Origin: a virus
DNA: 64,000 nt
IMG/VR virus record: IMGVR_UViG_3300025118_000005
Span: 1-64,000 of that record
Strand: one strand, 5' to 3'
Shown here: positions 10,759 through 19,698 of the stretch, piece after piece
Layout of the letters: every line of letters starts with the position of its first letter
Numbering within the stretch: position 1 is the first letter of the stretch
The notes under the pieces: model-generated
Database searches by the model: none
Seen by the model: the letters and a program-made list of their open reading frames with translations, nothing else
Told to the model about the DNA's origin: nothing
Program-made: the position numbers and the translations under genes

Positions 10759-11040
10759 ATGAGCGAAAAAAAGAAACGTAAGTCGGGCGCGGGACGTAAA
10801 AAAGGAAGCGTGAGCTTTTGCCTAGTGCCATTAACTGAATTAAATGCAAAATTACCTACTGGCGCGATTATCGTAGTGAGTAGGAAATACTGCGAGGCAA
10901 TGTCTATTGAAGGACAACCTGTTGTATCCACCCCAAGCATGATGATGCCAATGGCAGTAGCGACCAAGGCGAACGCAGTCCAAGTCACTAATCTTAATGA
11001 CGAGGAAACTACCCCCGAATTAAGCGTTGACAACTGGTAG
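10759..11040 (+). CDS. hypothetical protein with basic AT-hook-like GAGRKKG motif
   Basis: KSGAGRKKGS N-terminus; promoter at 10721/10744. Confidence 0.6.
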   Translation: MSEKKKRKSGAGRKKGSVSFCLVPLTELNAKLPTGAIIVVSRKYCEAMSIEGQPVVSTPSMMMPMAVATKANAVQVTNLNDEETTPELSVDNW

Positions 11041-11060
11041 GAAACCCTTTATACTTATTA

Positions 11061-12035
11061 ATGATGACTGAAACCTACTTCCCCGATATTATCGGACAAG
11101 AAACTGTTAAAAAAGCACTCGGCTTTTACATTGACGGATACCAGAAAACTGGTGTGATACCGCATCTCATGTTTACTGCGCCTCGCGGGTGTGGCAAGAC
11201 TACGATGGCAACGGCAATGGCAAAGAACCTTACAAAGAACGGTTCTATCAAGCCTCTCATTACCCTTAACTGTTCCACTGTCAAATCATTGAAGCAGTTT
11301 TTCAATATGATTGTGATACCGCACATGGTTGACACTGACGCAACCGTGCTGTTCGATGAGTGTTCTGAATTGCCAAAGGACGTTACGATGGCACTCTTGA
11401 CCATCACCAATCCAAACCCACGCAACCGTAACGAATTTTCCTATGAGGATTACAACGTGGAGTTTGATTACAGACGCTTGAGTTTCATGTTCGCCACCAC
11501 TGAAGGTCAGAGTATCTTTCATGCACTGATGGACAGGATGGAGCGCATCGACTTGGAAGAATATAAGTTAGATGAATTGGGCAAGATTGTCATGCTGGGC
11601 CTTGAAGGCTACACCGTTGAGAGCAACGCACTAAAGGAAGTCGCGACCGTTCTCCGTGGTAATGCGCGAGCAGGGCAGAAGATGGCAATGAAGATGAAGC
11701 TATTTCTTAATGCTAAAGATAAGGTGAATTTCAATATCAGCGATTGGAAGGAACTCACGGGTAAACTCGGCATCCTGCCTCTCGGCATATCCATACAGGA
11801 ACTCAACCTTATGCGTTACATGGCGCGGAAGAAAACTACTCGCCTCACTGAACTGTCTGCTATCACTGGACTCTCCAAGGGGGCAATCCAGAAGGACTAT
11901 GAATTGTATCTTTCTAAAATGGGTCTAATGGAGATTCAACCAGAGGGACGTTCCCTCACAACAAAAGGGATAGACTATCTTAATGAGCTTGATGGAGTTA
12001 AGAAGCACAAGCGAGACAAGAAAAGTAAAAAATAA
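11061..12035 (+). CDS. ruvB: RuvB-like Holliday junction branch-migration AAA+ ATPase
   Basis: IIGQE, HLMFTAPRGCGKTT (Walker A), LFDE (Walker B), ATT, LMDRM, RGNAR, and a C-terminal winged-helix E.YL...GL....PEGR. Confidence 0.8.
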   Translation: MMTETYFPDIIGQETVKKALGFYIDGYQKTGVIPHLMFTAPRGCGKTTMATAMAKNLTKNGSIKPLITLNCSTVKSLKQFFNMIVIPHMVDTDATVLFDECSELPKDVTMALLTITNPNPRNRNEFSYEDYNVEFDYRRLSFMFATTEGQSIFHALMDRMERIDLEEYKLDELGKIVMLGLEGYTVESNALKEVATVLRGNARAGQKMAMKMKLFLNAKDKVNFNISDWKELTGKLGILPLGISIQELNLMRYMARKKTTRLTELSAITGLSKGAIQKDYELYLSKMGLMEIQPEGRSLTTKGIDYLNELDGVKKHKRDKKSKK

Positions 12036-12332
12036 ATATAAGATAGATGACGAGCCTTTCCAGATGACGCAGTTCGAATGGCGGGGCACATTAAATAATG
12101 GTGATTTATTTGTAGTTATAAAATATAACCTTGGAGCTTGGAAAGTGAAATATGCTGAAACAGAATATGAGTTAAATAATACTAATTTTATTTATGTAGC
12201 TCAACACCCAAAGCCTTTAAGTTTTTTATATAATAATAATGATTTAGATATAGAACAACTTCTAACATATATACAATGGAAATAATGAAAAATAATTTTG
12301 ACTTTAGTCTGGAAGTAGGCTAATATATAGAT

Positions 12333-12404
12333 AGTGAGCGCAATGCTCACGTTCGTTCATCATCATCGAATCCTCTCCGTGTGAAAACGGGGGGGATTTT
12401 TTTT
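12333..12404 (+). ncRNA. candidate ~70-nt small RNA (hairpin, single-stranded seed, terminator)
   Basis: Promoter TTGACT 12298-N17-TAATAT 12321; hairpin GTGAGC-GCAAT-GCTCAC; linker GTTCGTTCATCATCATCG; terminator 12369-12404; no ORF. Confidence 0.65.
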
Positions 12405-13069
12405 GTATTTAACCTCATGGAGTGTAGATAATAAATAAGGCCTTGCTGTATTTTACAGGCAAGCTCGAACAGGTTATGTTAAAATAAGTTTGAAGAATAG
12501 GCTCGCTAAATATATGACTTAAATATACTTCGAAGAAATTAGGCTTGAAATATAGTCTCGTTAAATATGACTTCGAAATATAGGTTGGTTAAATATGAGA
12601 CCGAAATAAAGCAAAAATAAACAGCCTAAATAAGTAAGGCAATATAATACGTAACGTCCATCGTTAGCGTTAAAGTTCTTGATTGAATGTTATCGTTAAA
12701 GTGCCGACCCGTCCCGTCCCGATTTTGAGACCCATTCTCAGTTTCTTAAAAAGGGCGATTTCTCCGGTGCGAAATCTCTCCACACAAGAAATTATTTGAT
12801 GTCCGACCCCACGAAAACAGGTATATCGTCCAAAACAATTACCCTATATAAACGCGATTAATTAGCCTAATTGATTTGCCGCTCACGAATGATTGACAAA
12901 CTATTTAGCCAATCAAAATTCACGAAAAATGATTGACAAAGTAATTTGCCGCTCAAAAATGATTGACAAAAAAAATGCGTGTGATGTACATTATATGCTT
13001 GCTTGTGATTCGGAAAAATGAGATAATTATAACAGTGAAGAAAACAACGAACAAAAGGAAATCAAGCTT

Positions 13070-14005
13070 ATGCCGATAACAGCAAAGCAGACAGTAAATC
13101 AAGACTGGGATTTCGAAGTCGCTCAAGAGGAGTTATTCCTTCCTGACGGCGCGAAATCGGGATACTTGGCGGCTCGCCGCCTAGACAACAACGAGGTTCT
13201 GGGCATCCACACTGACCGTTATGGCATTGTGAAAAACGCCGACCTCGTAGACAAAGCCGAATCCGCTTTTGCGCGGAAGGGGCTGACAAACTACGAACGC
13301 CAGATTTATGTCACTGATGGTGGTGCAAAACTGCGCGTAAATTATGACTTCAAGGGCAACGATATTGAAGTGCCAGAAGTCGGTGACAAGATGGGTTTTC
13401 GGCTCACCTTGCAAAACTCATTCGACCGCTCTTTGCGCGTGTCGTTTGCGCTGGGGATGCTTCGGTTGGTTTGCACCAACGGGATGCAGACGCTCGAAAA
13501 AGAGATGGATATGCTTCGCAAGCACTCCAAGTCTTTTGACCTCGACTCACTCCTAACTGATGACGCTATCGACAAAGCGATGGCGCGATTCGGTGAAAGC
13601 GTGAACACGTTTGCGTCACTTGCCCGTTGTGGTATCACCCAAGAGCAAGGCATTTACGCCCTGCAAAACCAAGCGAACACCGGACTCATCAGTGAGAAGG
13701 TGCGCGAGGGTATTAACAGCGTGTGGAACAATCCACGCGAAGATGGTGCTGACGGTTCCGTTGGCGATGACCGCAACCTGTATCAGCTTTATAATTCTGC
13801 CACGCAGTATTTGACGGCTGACAATCTGGTTGACAAGAAAACAGGCGATGCCGTTGGCACGTTTGAGTCAACTCGGTTTGAGTACGCGAACCGCATCAGC
13901 GGTCAACTGCTCAGGCGTTTCAGCCTTGCGACTGACAACCCCAAGCGGCTTGAGAAAATGCTCAAGGCCGTGACGGTTGACGGCGTGAAGGTCGAAAACA
14001 ACTAG
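13070..14005 (+). CDS. DUF932/DUF945-family phage/plasmid protein
   Basis: LGIHTDRYGIVKN, LQNSFDRS, RLVCTNG, NLYQLYNSATQY pattern. Confidence 0.8.
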   Translation: MPITAKQTVNQDWDFEVAQEELFLPDGAKSGYLAARRLDNNEVLGIHTDRYGIVKNADLVDKAESAFARKGLTNYERQIYVTDGGAKLRVNYDFKGNDIEVPEVGDKMGFRLTLQNSFDRSLRVSFALGMLRLVCTNGMQTLEKEMDMLRKHSKSFDLDSLLTDDAIDKAMARFGESVNTFASLARCGITQEQGIYALQNQANTGLISEKVREGINSVWNNPREDGADGSVGDDRNLYQLYNSATQYLTADNLVDKKTGDAVGTFESTRFEYANRISGQLLRRFSLATDNPKRLEKMLKAVTVDGVKVENN

Positions 14006-14021
14006 GCCAAAACCTACTCAC

Positions 14022-14048
14022 CCCCGCCTTCGGGCGGGGATTTTTTTT
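14022..14048 (+). terminator. Rho-independent terminator
   Basis: CCCCGCC-TTCG-GGCGGGG plus T8. Confidence 0.9.
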
Positions 14049-14173
14049 GCCATTGTATGTATTTTTTGCTTGACATCGGCGGGACCGGTCCCGATTTTTG
14101 TCAAGCTTATTTTTGTGTTGTTGTGAATAAGTTTGTTCTTGACTTGGAAACGGATGTATAGTATTATATTAAC

Positions 14174-14383
14174 ATGATGAACGAATTAGATCAACTCAAG
14201 GAAGACATTTGCATGGAGAGCTTCGGTCGCAGCCGAAATCTCGCGCTAGCCGCAGGGCAGTGCGTCAAGTGCGGAACCTACGACCTCAACTTCCGCGATG
14301 AACCATCGCAGCGTGAGTACAAGCTCACTGTGTGGTGTCAGTCGTGCCAAGATGATTTCTTCGGCGTAGGGGAGGAGGAATAG
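14174..14383 (+). CDS. small zinc-finger protein (CxxC...CxxC), leaderless
   Basis: CVKC and CQSCQD; ATG 7 nt after -10 box. Confidence 0.7.
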   Translation: MMNELDQLKEDICMESFGRSRNLALAAGQCVKCGTYDLNFRDEPSQREYKLTVWCQSCQDDFFGVGEEE

Positions 14384-14386
14384 ATT

Positions 14387-14911
14387 ATGCCGTTTTACGA
14401 TATCACTGATATGAAAGCTACGGTAAAGAATTTTCGCCGTGATGTTTACCGTAATCTTCGCTTCAAAGACGCAGTTGTTTACTCCGTTCGCAAGGAGGGG
14501 ATTGTTGAGGGGCACGCTATGGCTATCATTTTAGATGGCAACGCCAAGTATCCTGTCACTTTTGCCGTTGGCCCCAAGGGCAACCAGCGCGTTCGTGATG
14601 AAAAGCGCAAAAATGTTCACGCAGTTATTCGCGGTTGTATTGTTAATGCTGTTTGGGCCTACGCAGACATGAGCGAAGACGAATTGAATCACGCTAAGGA
14701 TGCTTGTGATTATTTTAAGTCTGAGCATATGACTGAGCGAGAGGGGTATGAGTGGAAAGAAGTCACTTACGATCCCTACAAGCATAGGTCTTTTGTCTCA
14801 GTAGAAGACGGATCAACAATTCTTATTTCTCGCAAAGTCATTTTGACAGGCACAGAGAATGGGCATACAAAAGTATGGGCGCAGCTTCCTACAACTTTAA
14901 GCTTGAACTAA
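14387..14911 (+). CDS. conserved phage protein of unknown function
   Basis: VYRNL...YSVR...GNQRVRDEKRKNVHA...YDPY, a pattern recognised from other phage proteins. Confidence 0.7.
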   Translation: MPFYDITDMKATVKNFRRDVYRNLRFKDAVVYSVRKEGIVEGHAMAIILDGNAKYPVTFAVGPKGNQRVRDEKRKNVHAVIRGCIVNAVWAYADMSEDELNHAKDACDYFKSEHMTEREGYEWKEVTYDPYKHRSFVSVEDGSTILISRKVILTGTENGHTKVWAQLPTTLSLN

Positions 14912-14941
14912 ACTCGGATATCGATTAAGATATAGATAGTC

Positions 14942-15178
14942 ATGAAAGCAAAACAACTAAGAAACGGGTCTTTGTATGAAGACACAGAATCAGGAAAAAT
15001 TGTGCGAGTACTCGGTAAAGTTAACTCTCAAAGAGTATGGACGACTCAACACGAGGAGCGCCCGCAGGCGACGAAGAGCAAGATTTTGGAATTGGCGAGC
15101 GATGCGCAGGTCACTAATTACCTGAATGTATCTAAGGCAATCAAAGATGACGACGGTATACCCTACTCTCTAGAATAG
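14942..15178 (+). CDS. hypothetical protein (possible paralog of 25713..26087)
   Basis: LRNGSLY..T.SG...R.L...VW...A....V..YL pattern shared with the 25713 ORF. Confidence 0.65.
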   Translation: MKAKQLRNGSLYEDTESGKIVRVLGKVNSQRVWTTQHEERPQATKSKILELASDAQVTNYLNVSKAIKDDDGIPYSLE

Positions 15179-15363
15179 AATTATCTTCCATCGGGTGGGG
15201 CCCGGGTTTTGGTGTGTTTGACCGGGTCCCACCTCTTTTTTGCTTGACATCCGGCGGGACCGGTCCCGCGTGCCATTTTGGCACACCTCATTGTGAATAA
15301 CTTTTTGCCCATTGGGACACATTGTCTCTTGACTTTATGGTAAAAATGGGTTATATTATACCC

Positions 15364-15480
15364 ATGAAGGCGAGAAAGACCAAGTACGGATTCATGGGAA
15401 GCGCGTCCCGCGAGCATCGCGTGAAGAAGGGCAAAGGTTCTTTCAAGCGTAGAAAAAAACACCAGAAAAAGCTTGACTGA
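15364..15480 (+). CDS. arfA: ArfA-like alternative ribosome-rescue factor (38 aa, leaderless)
   Basis: MKARKTKYGFMGSASREHRVKKGKGSFKRRKKHQKKLD carries the ArfA signature KKGKGS[YF]xR..KH. Own promoter TTGACT 15329 / TATATT 15352. Confidence 0.65.
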   Translation: MKARKTKYGFMGSASREHRVKKGKGSFKRRKKHQKKLD

Positions 15481-15508
15481 CAAGCGGAAAACCCTTATTC
15501 TTATGAAG

Positions 15509-15943
15509 ATGATTATGGACGATATAAAACTCACTTACATTCCCGACTCTCACGGCTTTATCAAAGTCTATATTTCCGCCAAGGACGGGGAAACAGTAGA
15601 GGCATGGTTTAATGCCTTTTGGAATCACAACGCCACCAGCAATGAAGAAATCGAATGGATTTTTGATAATGAGGGCGCGTTTTGCTCGAATTGGAAAAGG
15701 TTCACCAGTGCTATACAAGATATTTTCTTGTTTTCAATTCTAAACGAAAACGAGGACGCTTACAAGGGCGAAAAGGGCGGAGCAATGCCACGCGCAAAAG
15801 AATTGGCAAAAGCTAAAATTGACAGCATGGAGAAAAAAGACGGCTCCATGCGATACGGGCGAATCGGTCACGTTTATACGCTGGGCGAGGTTGTTACTAA
15901 CGATGAAAAATCTTTCTTCTCTGGAAAATCCGCAGGAGAATAA
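15509..15943 (+). CDS. hypothetical protein
   Basis: ORF downstream of promoter 15473/15496. Confidence 0.65.
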   Translation: MIMDDIKLTYIPDSHGFIKVYISAKDGETVEAWFNAFWNHNATSNEEIEWIFDNEGAFCSNWKRFTSAIQDIFLFSILNENEDAYKGEKGGAMPRAKELAKAKIDSMEKKDGSMRYGRIGHVYTLGEVVTNDEKSFFSGKSAGE

Positions 15944-15982
15944 AATTGACACAGGGGGAGAAATCCCCTATAATTGGAGTTG

Positions 15983-16744
15983 ATGATGAAATTGAAATTC
16001 GGAGAGCCAAACTCTAAACTTAAGAAATTGGCAAAGAAACTAAAACTGAAACTCAAGACGTTTTCCTTGCCTAGTGGCTGGACGTGTGGAGGTGCGAAAG
16101 AATGTTTTTCACGCGCAGACCGTGAGACTGGAAAAATCAAAGATGGAAAGCACACAAAATTTCGTTGCTTTCAAGCAAGCGCGGAAGCTGTTTACCCATC
16201 ACTACGCAATGCCGTTTGGCACAACATGGATTTGATTGATGCGATTTTGAAAGATCACACAAAAGAATGTAAGTGGGAACCAATCGCGGATTTGATTTGC
16301 GAAAGTCTACCCAAGGCTGACATTTACCGTGTCCACGTTGGCGGTGATTATTTTAATTATGATTACATGATTGCATGGTGTGAAGTTGCGAGGCGACACC
16401 CTGACAGGATTTTTTACTCCTACACGAAGAGCCTTCACTTGTGGACGTTGTTTCCAAAATGCACAGATGGAACTCGCGCAGGAATCCCACCCAATTTAAT
16501 TCTAACCGCATCGCGTGGTGGGCATTATGATAGTAAGATAGAAGAAAATGCTTTCAAGTGCGCGGAAGTTGTTTTTAGTGAGCAAGAGGCAATCGACAAA
16601 GGATTGGAAATTGACCACGACGACGAACACGCAGCGTTTGGCAAATCATCTTTTGCGTTGTTGCTTCATGGTGTGCAACCGAAGGGCAGCGAAGCAAGCA
16701 AGGCGTTGTCAGCAATCAAACGACTAGCCAAGGTTACGGCGTGA
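15983..16744 (+). CDS. GP88-like protein (Cys-cluster, radical-SAM-like fold)
   Basis: NSKL, FSLPSGWTCGGAKEC...CF, YRVHVGGDY, FYSYTKS, PPNLILTAS. Confidence 0.75.
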   Translation: MMKLKFGEPNSKLKKLAKKLKLKLKTFSLPSGWTCGGAKECFSRADRETGKIKDGKHTKFRCFQASAEAVYPSLRNAVWHNMDLIDAILKDHTKECKWEPIADLICESLPKADIYRVHVGGDYFNYDYMIAWCEVARRHPDRIFYSYTKSLHLWTLFPKCTDGTRAGIPPNLILTASRGGHYDSKIEENAFKCAEVVFSEQEAIDKGLEIDHDDEHAAFGKSSFALLLHGVQPKGSEASKALSAIKRLAKVTA

Positions 16745-16863
16745 TTATCATATTGGGATTTTTATGTATTATATTCTTTATCCACCTAGACAACTCAAAC
16801 AAACGAAGATAAATGAAAAAAAAGCTTGCACTGTATAAGGAAACAGGCTATACTTATTAAAGT

Positions 16864-16895
16864 GATGAGGGAAACCTTATCGGCTCTTTGAAACA
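16864..16895 (+). promoter_or_regulatory. boxB-boxA-like antitermination leader
   Basis: Promoter TTGCAC 16826-N17-TATACT 16849; GNRA hairpin GATGAGG-GAAA-CCTTATC followed by GCTCTTTGAAACA (boxA consensus TGCTCTTTAACA). Confidence 0.6.
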
Positions 16896-16900
16896 ATTTA

Positions 16901-17465
16901 TGTTGCGGAAATTGGTGCGAAATCTCGTTTAGAGACTAGCAGTCTGGTAGCCGAAAGTGAATGCTCTGGGAAAACGTATCCATAACAAGGAGCAGGAGCG
17001 AAACGATAGGTATCGGGCGGGGTTCGAATCCTCAACGCGACGACAATTTAGCATAGGTGACGGAACAAACGTCCGACAGAGGAAACGGCCTATGCGACAA
17101 TTTAAGCTGACGACGGTCGGCTTAAGGGTATGGCTGAATATCCCTCCATCATAAGGGGAAAGGCATAGGGCCATGTGAGAGAGTGCAATCGTATGACTTG
17201 CATGGTTCTAGTAAGCTGGAAACAAGAACTGTATTGTGCACTGGCTTTGTAGGTAATGCAGCAATCCTACTACCCATTAATTTTCGTGGTGCTGGATTAC
17301 AGGCCATGATTAACAGACGCGCCTCAAACGGAAAGCAGGGAAGTATTCCACCTGTCGGCAAGAGAGGGAAGCCGTGGCGCGATAACTGAGAACTCACAAT
17401 TTTTCCTGTGGTCGGTACAACCGTTAAAGAGATTGTAGGTACCAACGCCGAAGTCCGCCACGTCA
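16901..17465 (+). ncRNA. array of four structured non-coding RNAs, first with a tRNA-like 3' end
   Basis: Units are closed by terminal helices (GTTGCG/CGCGAC; GCATAGG/CCTATGC; GGGTA/TACCC; CGTGG/CCACG) and separated by AATTT linkers. T-arm GGGG-TTCGAAT-CCTC in unit 1. Confidence 0.65.
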
Positions 17466-17583
17466 CTTTTATATAAAGTGGACGATATTATACTAGGCGG
17501 CGGGACCGGTCCCGAAATTGAGATTCAGTCTCATTACTTTTCTTCTTGACTCGGATACAGAAAAAGCTTATACTATAAAAACG

Positions 17584-17964
17584 ATGAGAGATTATCCTCT
17601 AAAGAGATACGCACTTTTAATCCTGATTGTTTCGAATACTGGTTGCCAGATGACTCAGAAAGTGTGGAGTGGCGTTAAACAATCTTTTGACCCCACAATT
17701 GCCCGTGGGGTTAATTCAATGTCTCCTCAGCAGCGTTATGAAAGTGATTATGAAGCAGGGCTGCCAGTTAGTCCAGAACAGTATGGGATAAATGAGCAAG
17801 CATGGGATAACGAGCGGGTCTGGGGAAACATGCATAAAATTGGTGCTAGCAACTTTTACATGAGTAATGGTGGCAAAGCCGCATGGGAATTAAAAAGGGT
17901 ATATGACCCGACAACCAGAAAATTCAGGAACTACAGAAACGAATTCGAATATTTAAATCGATAA
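17584..17964 (+). CDS. putative lipoprotein
   Basis: MRDYPLKRYALLILIVSNTGC lipobox-like N-terminus. Confidence 0.55.
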   Translation: MRDYPLKRYALLILIVSNTGCQMTQKVWSGVKQSFDPTIARGVNSMSPQQRYESDYEAGLPVSPEQYGINEQAWDNERVWGNMHKIGASNFYMSNGGKAAWELKRVYDPTTRKFRNYRNEFEYLNR

Positions 17965-18020
17965 TTGATTAAAAAGAACTTGACTCGGAAGCGGAAACCG
18001 AGTAAGATAGAAACAGTTAG

Positions 18021-18473
18021 ATGATGATTATGAATAACCTACTATATAAAAACTACTGTGTCGGCGCAGAAATGCCTGACGGAACCATCCTGTTGTATGC
18101 TGGTAAGACCCGTAACCCTTTGTGGTATGGTGCGAATGCACGTGCCTGTGGAGGTTGGGCTGGTTACCCATCAGGATATTTTGACGAAATCCACGTTCAT
18201 CACAACTCGCCTAATGACAAGGCTCTTGAACAACGCCACATTAACACTGTCCGTGCTGTGGCTGCGCTCATGCCTGACGTTATTAAGTCGGGGAATATCA
18301 ACGATGATGGCTTTTATGGTTATCTCGGTGGTATTAGTCAACCTCTGTTCGATAAGATTGTAACATGGGTGCAAAGCACTCGTATTATGACCGAACGCCG
18401 AATGGAGGCAAACAAGCGTAAGTTGGCTCGTAAGTTGAGCCAGTTGCGGAAACAACAACAGAAGGCTAACTAA
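18021..18473 (+). CDS. hypothetical protein with GIY-YIG-like motif
   Basis: YCVG...LYAGKT.N and ALEQRHI resemble GIY-YIG motifs; the conserved Arg is not evident. Confidence 0.45.
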   Translation: MMIMNNLLYKNYCVGAEMPDGTILLYAGKTRNPLWYGANARACGGWAGYPSGYFDEIHVHHNSPNDKALEQRHINTVRAVAALMPDVIKSGNINDDGFYGYLGGISQPLFDKIVTWVQSTRIMTERRMEANKRKLARKLSQLRKQQQKAN

Positions 18474-18543
18474 CAGTAGGGTCTTGGGGGAAGGGAAAAC
18501 TTCCCCCTTGACTTTTTAACAGTTATATGTTATATTTAATACA

Positions 18544-19191
18544 ATGAAAGCCTACCACTACATCATCGGAGCAATTATTTTTATCCTTGTCACTTTGGCT
18601 GCGGCTAAAGATGTAAAAAAGCAAAGACAAGAATTAAGATTTCCTTTTCAAACTCAACCTGTTGAAGTAGACCAGACACTTCCCGAACAAGCACCGAAGC
18701 TAGACCCAAAAGAGTTAATGAGGAGAAAGCATCTCCGAATTATCGCTTGCACCTTGTTGGCAGAAGCGCGTGGAGAGGGTACGGATGGAATGTATGCTGT
18801 CGCCGCTGTCATATCACAACGAGCATTAAATCGTAAAATGCACCCAGTAGACGTTTGCTTACAAAGGAAACAATTTTCTTGCTGGAATAGCAAAAGCCTT
18901 GATGCTTATAACAATCTTCTTGAATTAAAACCGTGGGGAGTATATGCCGTAAGAACAGCGAGGCTAGTCCTTGACGGTTACGAAAAGAATCAGTATTATC
19001 TTGCTCGTGAGGCATTTGGCTGGCCTGACCATTACCACGCTAAAGGAGTAAAGCCTTTTTGGACTAAAGGGCAACAGCCAGTGTGGATACTAAAGAATCA
19101 TATCTTTTACCGCTTAAACAAAAACGGAGTTCGTCATTATCCAGAAGGAACAGGCACACACTATAAACCAAAGCAATCGAAGTTCAAATAA
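18544..19191 (+). CDS. SleB-like cell wall hydrolase (Hydrolase_2) with N-terminal membrane/signal segment
   Basis: TLLAEARGEG..GM.AVA.VI..R, QFSCWN, HYHA...P.W and NHIFY. Confidence 0.85.
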   Translation: MKAYHYIIGAIIFILVTLAAAKDVKKQRQELRFPFQTQPVEVDQTLPEQAPKLDPKELMRRKHLRIIACTLLAEARGEGTDGMYAVAAVISQRALNRKMHPVDVCLQRKQFSCWNSKSLDAYNNLLELKPWGVYAVRTARLVLDGYEKNQYYLAREAFGWPDHYHAKGVKPFWTKGQQPVWILKNHIFYRLNKNGVRHYPEGTGTHYKPKQSKFK

Positions 19192-19403
19192 AAAATAACT
19201 TCAAATAAAAAACAACTTCAAATATATTAAGAAGCCAAATAAAGAAGTTCGACCCGTCCCGCCGCCAAATATGGTTCGAAGAATATAACTGACAAATATG
19301 ACTCGAGAGATTTTTCTCGTGAGATTTTTCTCACGAGATTTTTTTTGAGATTTTTGAAAATGAGAATTTTTGAAGACGAAGATTTTTGAGATTTTCCCGA
19401 TTT

Positions 19404-19652
19404 TTACCAATCGGGATATTCGTGGGCATCGTGCCATGCGTCATCCGCATACGTGCCATAGCCGTCATCCATGCTGCCGCCATCACCACAGCACCCACAG
19501 CAAGGCGCGTCCTCACAACGGGCATTCGCCTCGTCGTGATCTGCCTCAGTGGGCTCAGTGGGCTCATTCGCCCAATCGGCTGGCCCCATGTCCTCGGTGA
19601 AAGTTTCCTCGCAAGAAATGCGAGCGTCGTGGTTGTTGTTGTTATTCATCAT
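19404..19652 (-). CDS. small acidic phage protein with RCEDAPCCGCC motif
   Basis: Motif recognised from other phage proteins; minus-strand promoter upstream. Confidence 0.7.
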   Translation of the reverse strand: MMNNNNNHDARISCEETFTEDMGPADWANEPTEPTEADHDEANARCEDAPCCGCCGDGGSMDDGYGTYADDAWHDAHEYPDW

Positions 19653-19698
19653 TTTTAGAGTGTAGCTGATTTTTAAGATTGTTACAAGGAAAAGTTAT

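Noticed and set aside
16901-17045. Canonical tRNA gene
   Set aside because: Acceptor-like stem and T-arm are present, but I found no D-arm or anticodon arm at the right spacing and the length is about 145 nt.
16957-17466. Track ORFs overlapping the RNA array
   Set aside because: Atypical composition, no start context, and the region is better explained by RNA helices.
19201-19658. Overlapping track ORFs 19201, 19331, 19370 and 19386
   Set aside because: Products of the GAGATTTTT repeats or shadows of the minus-strand gene 19404..19652.
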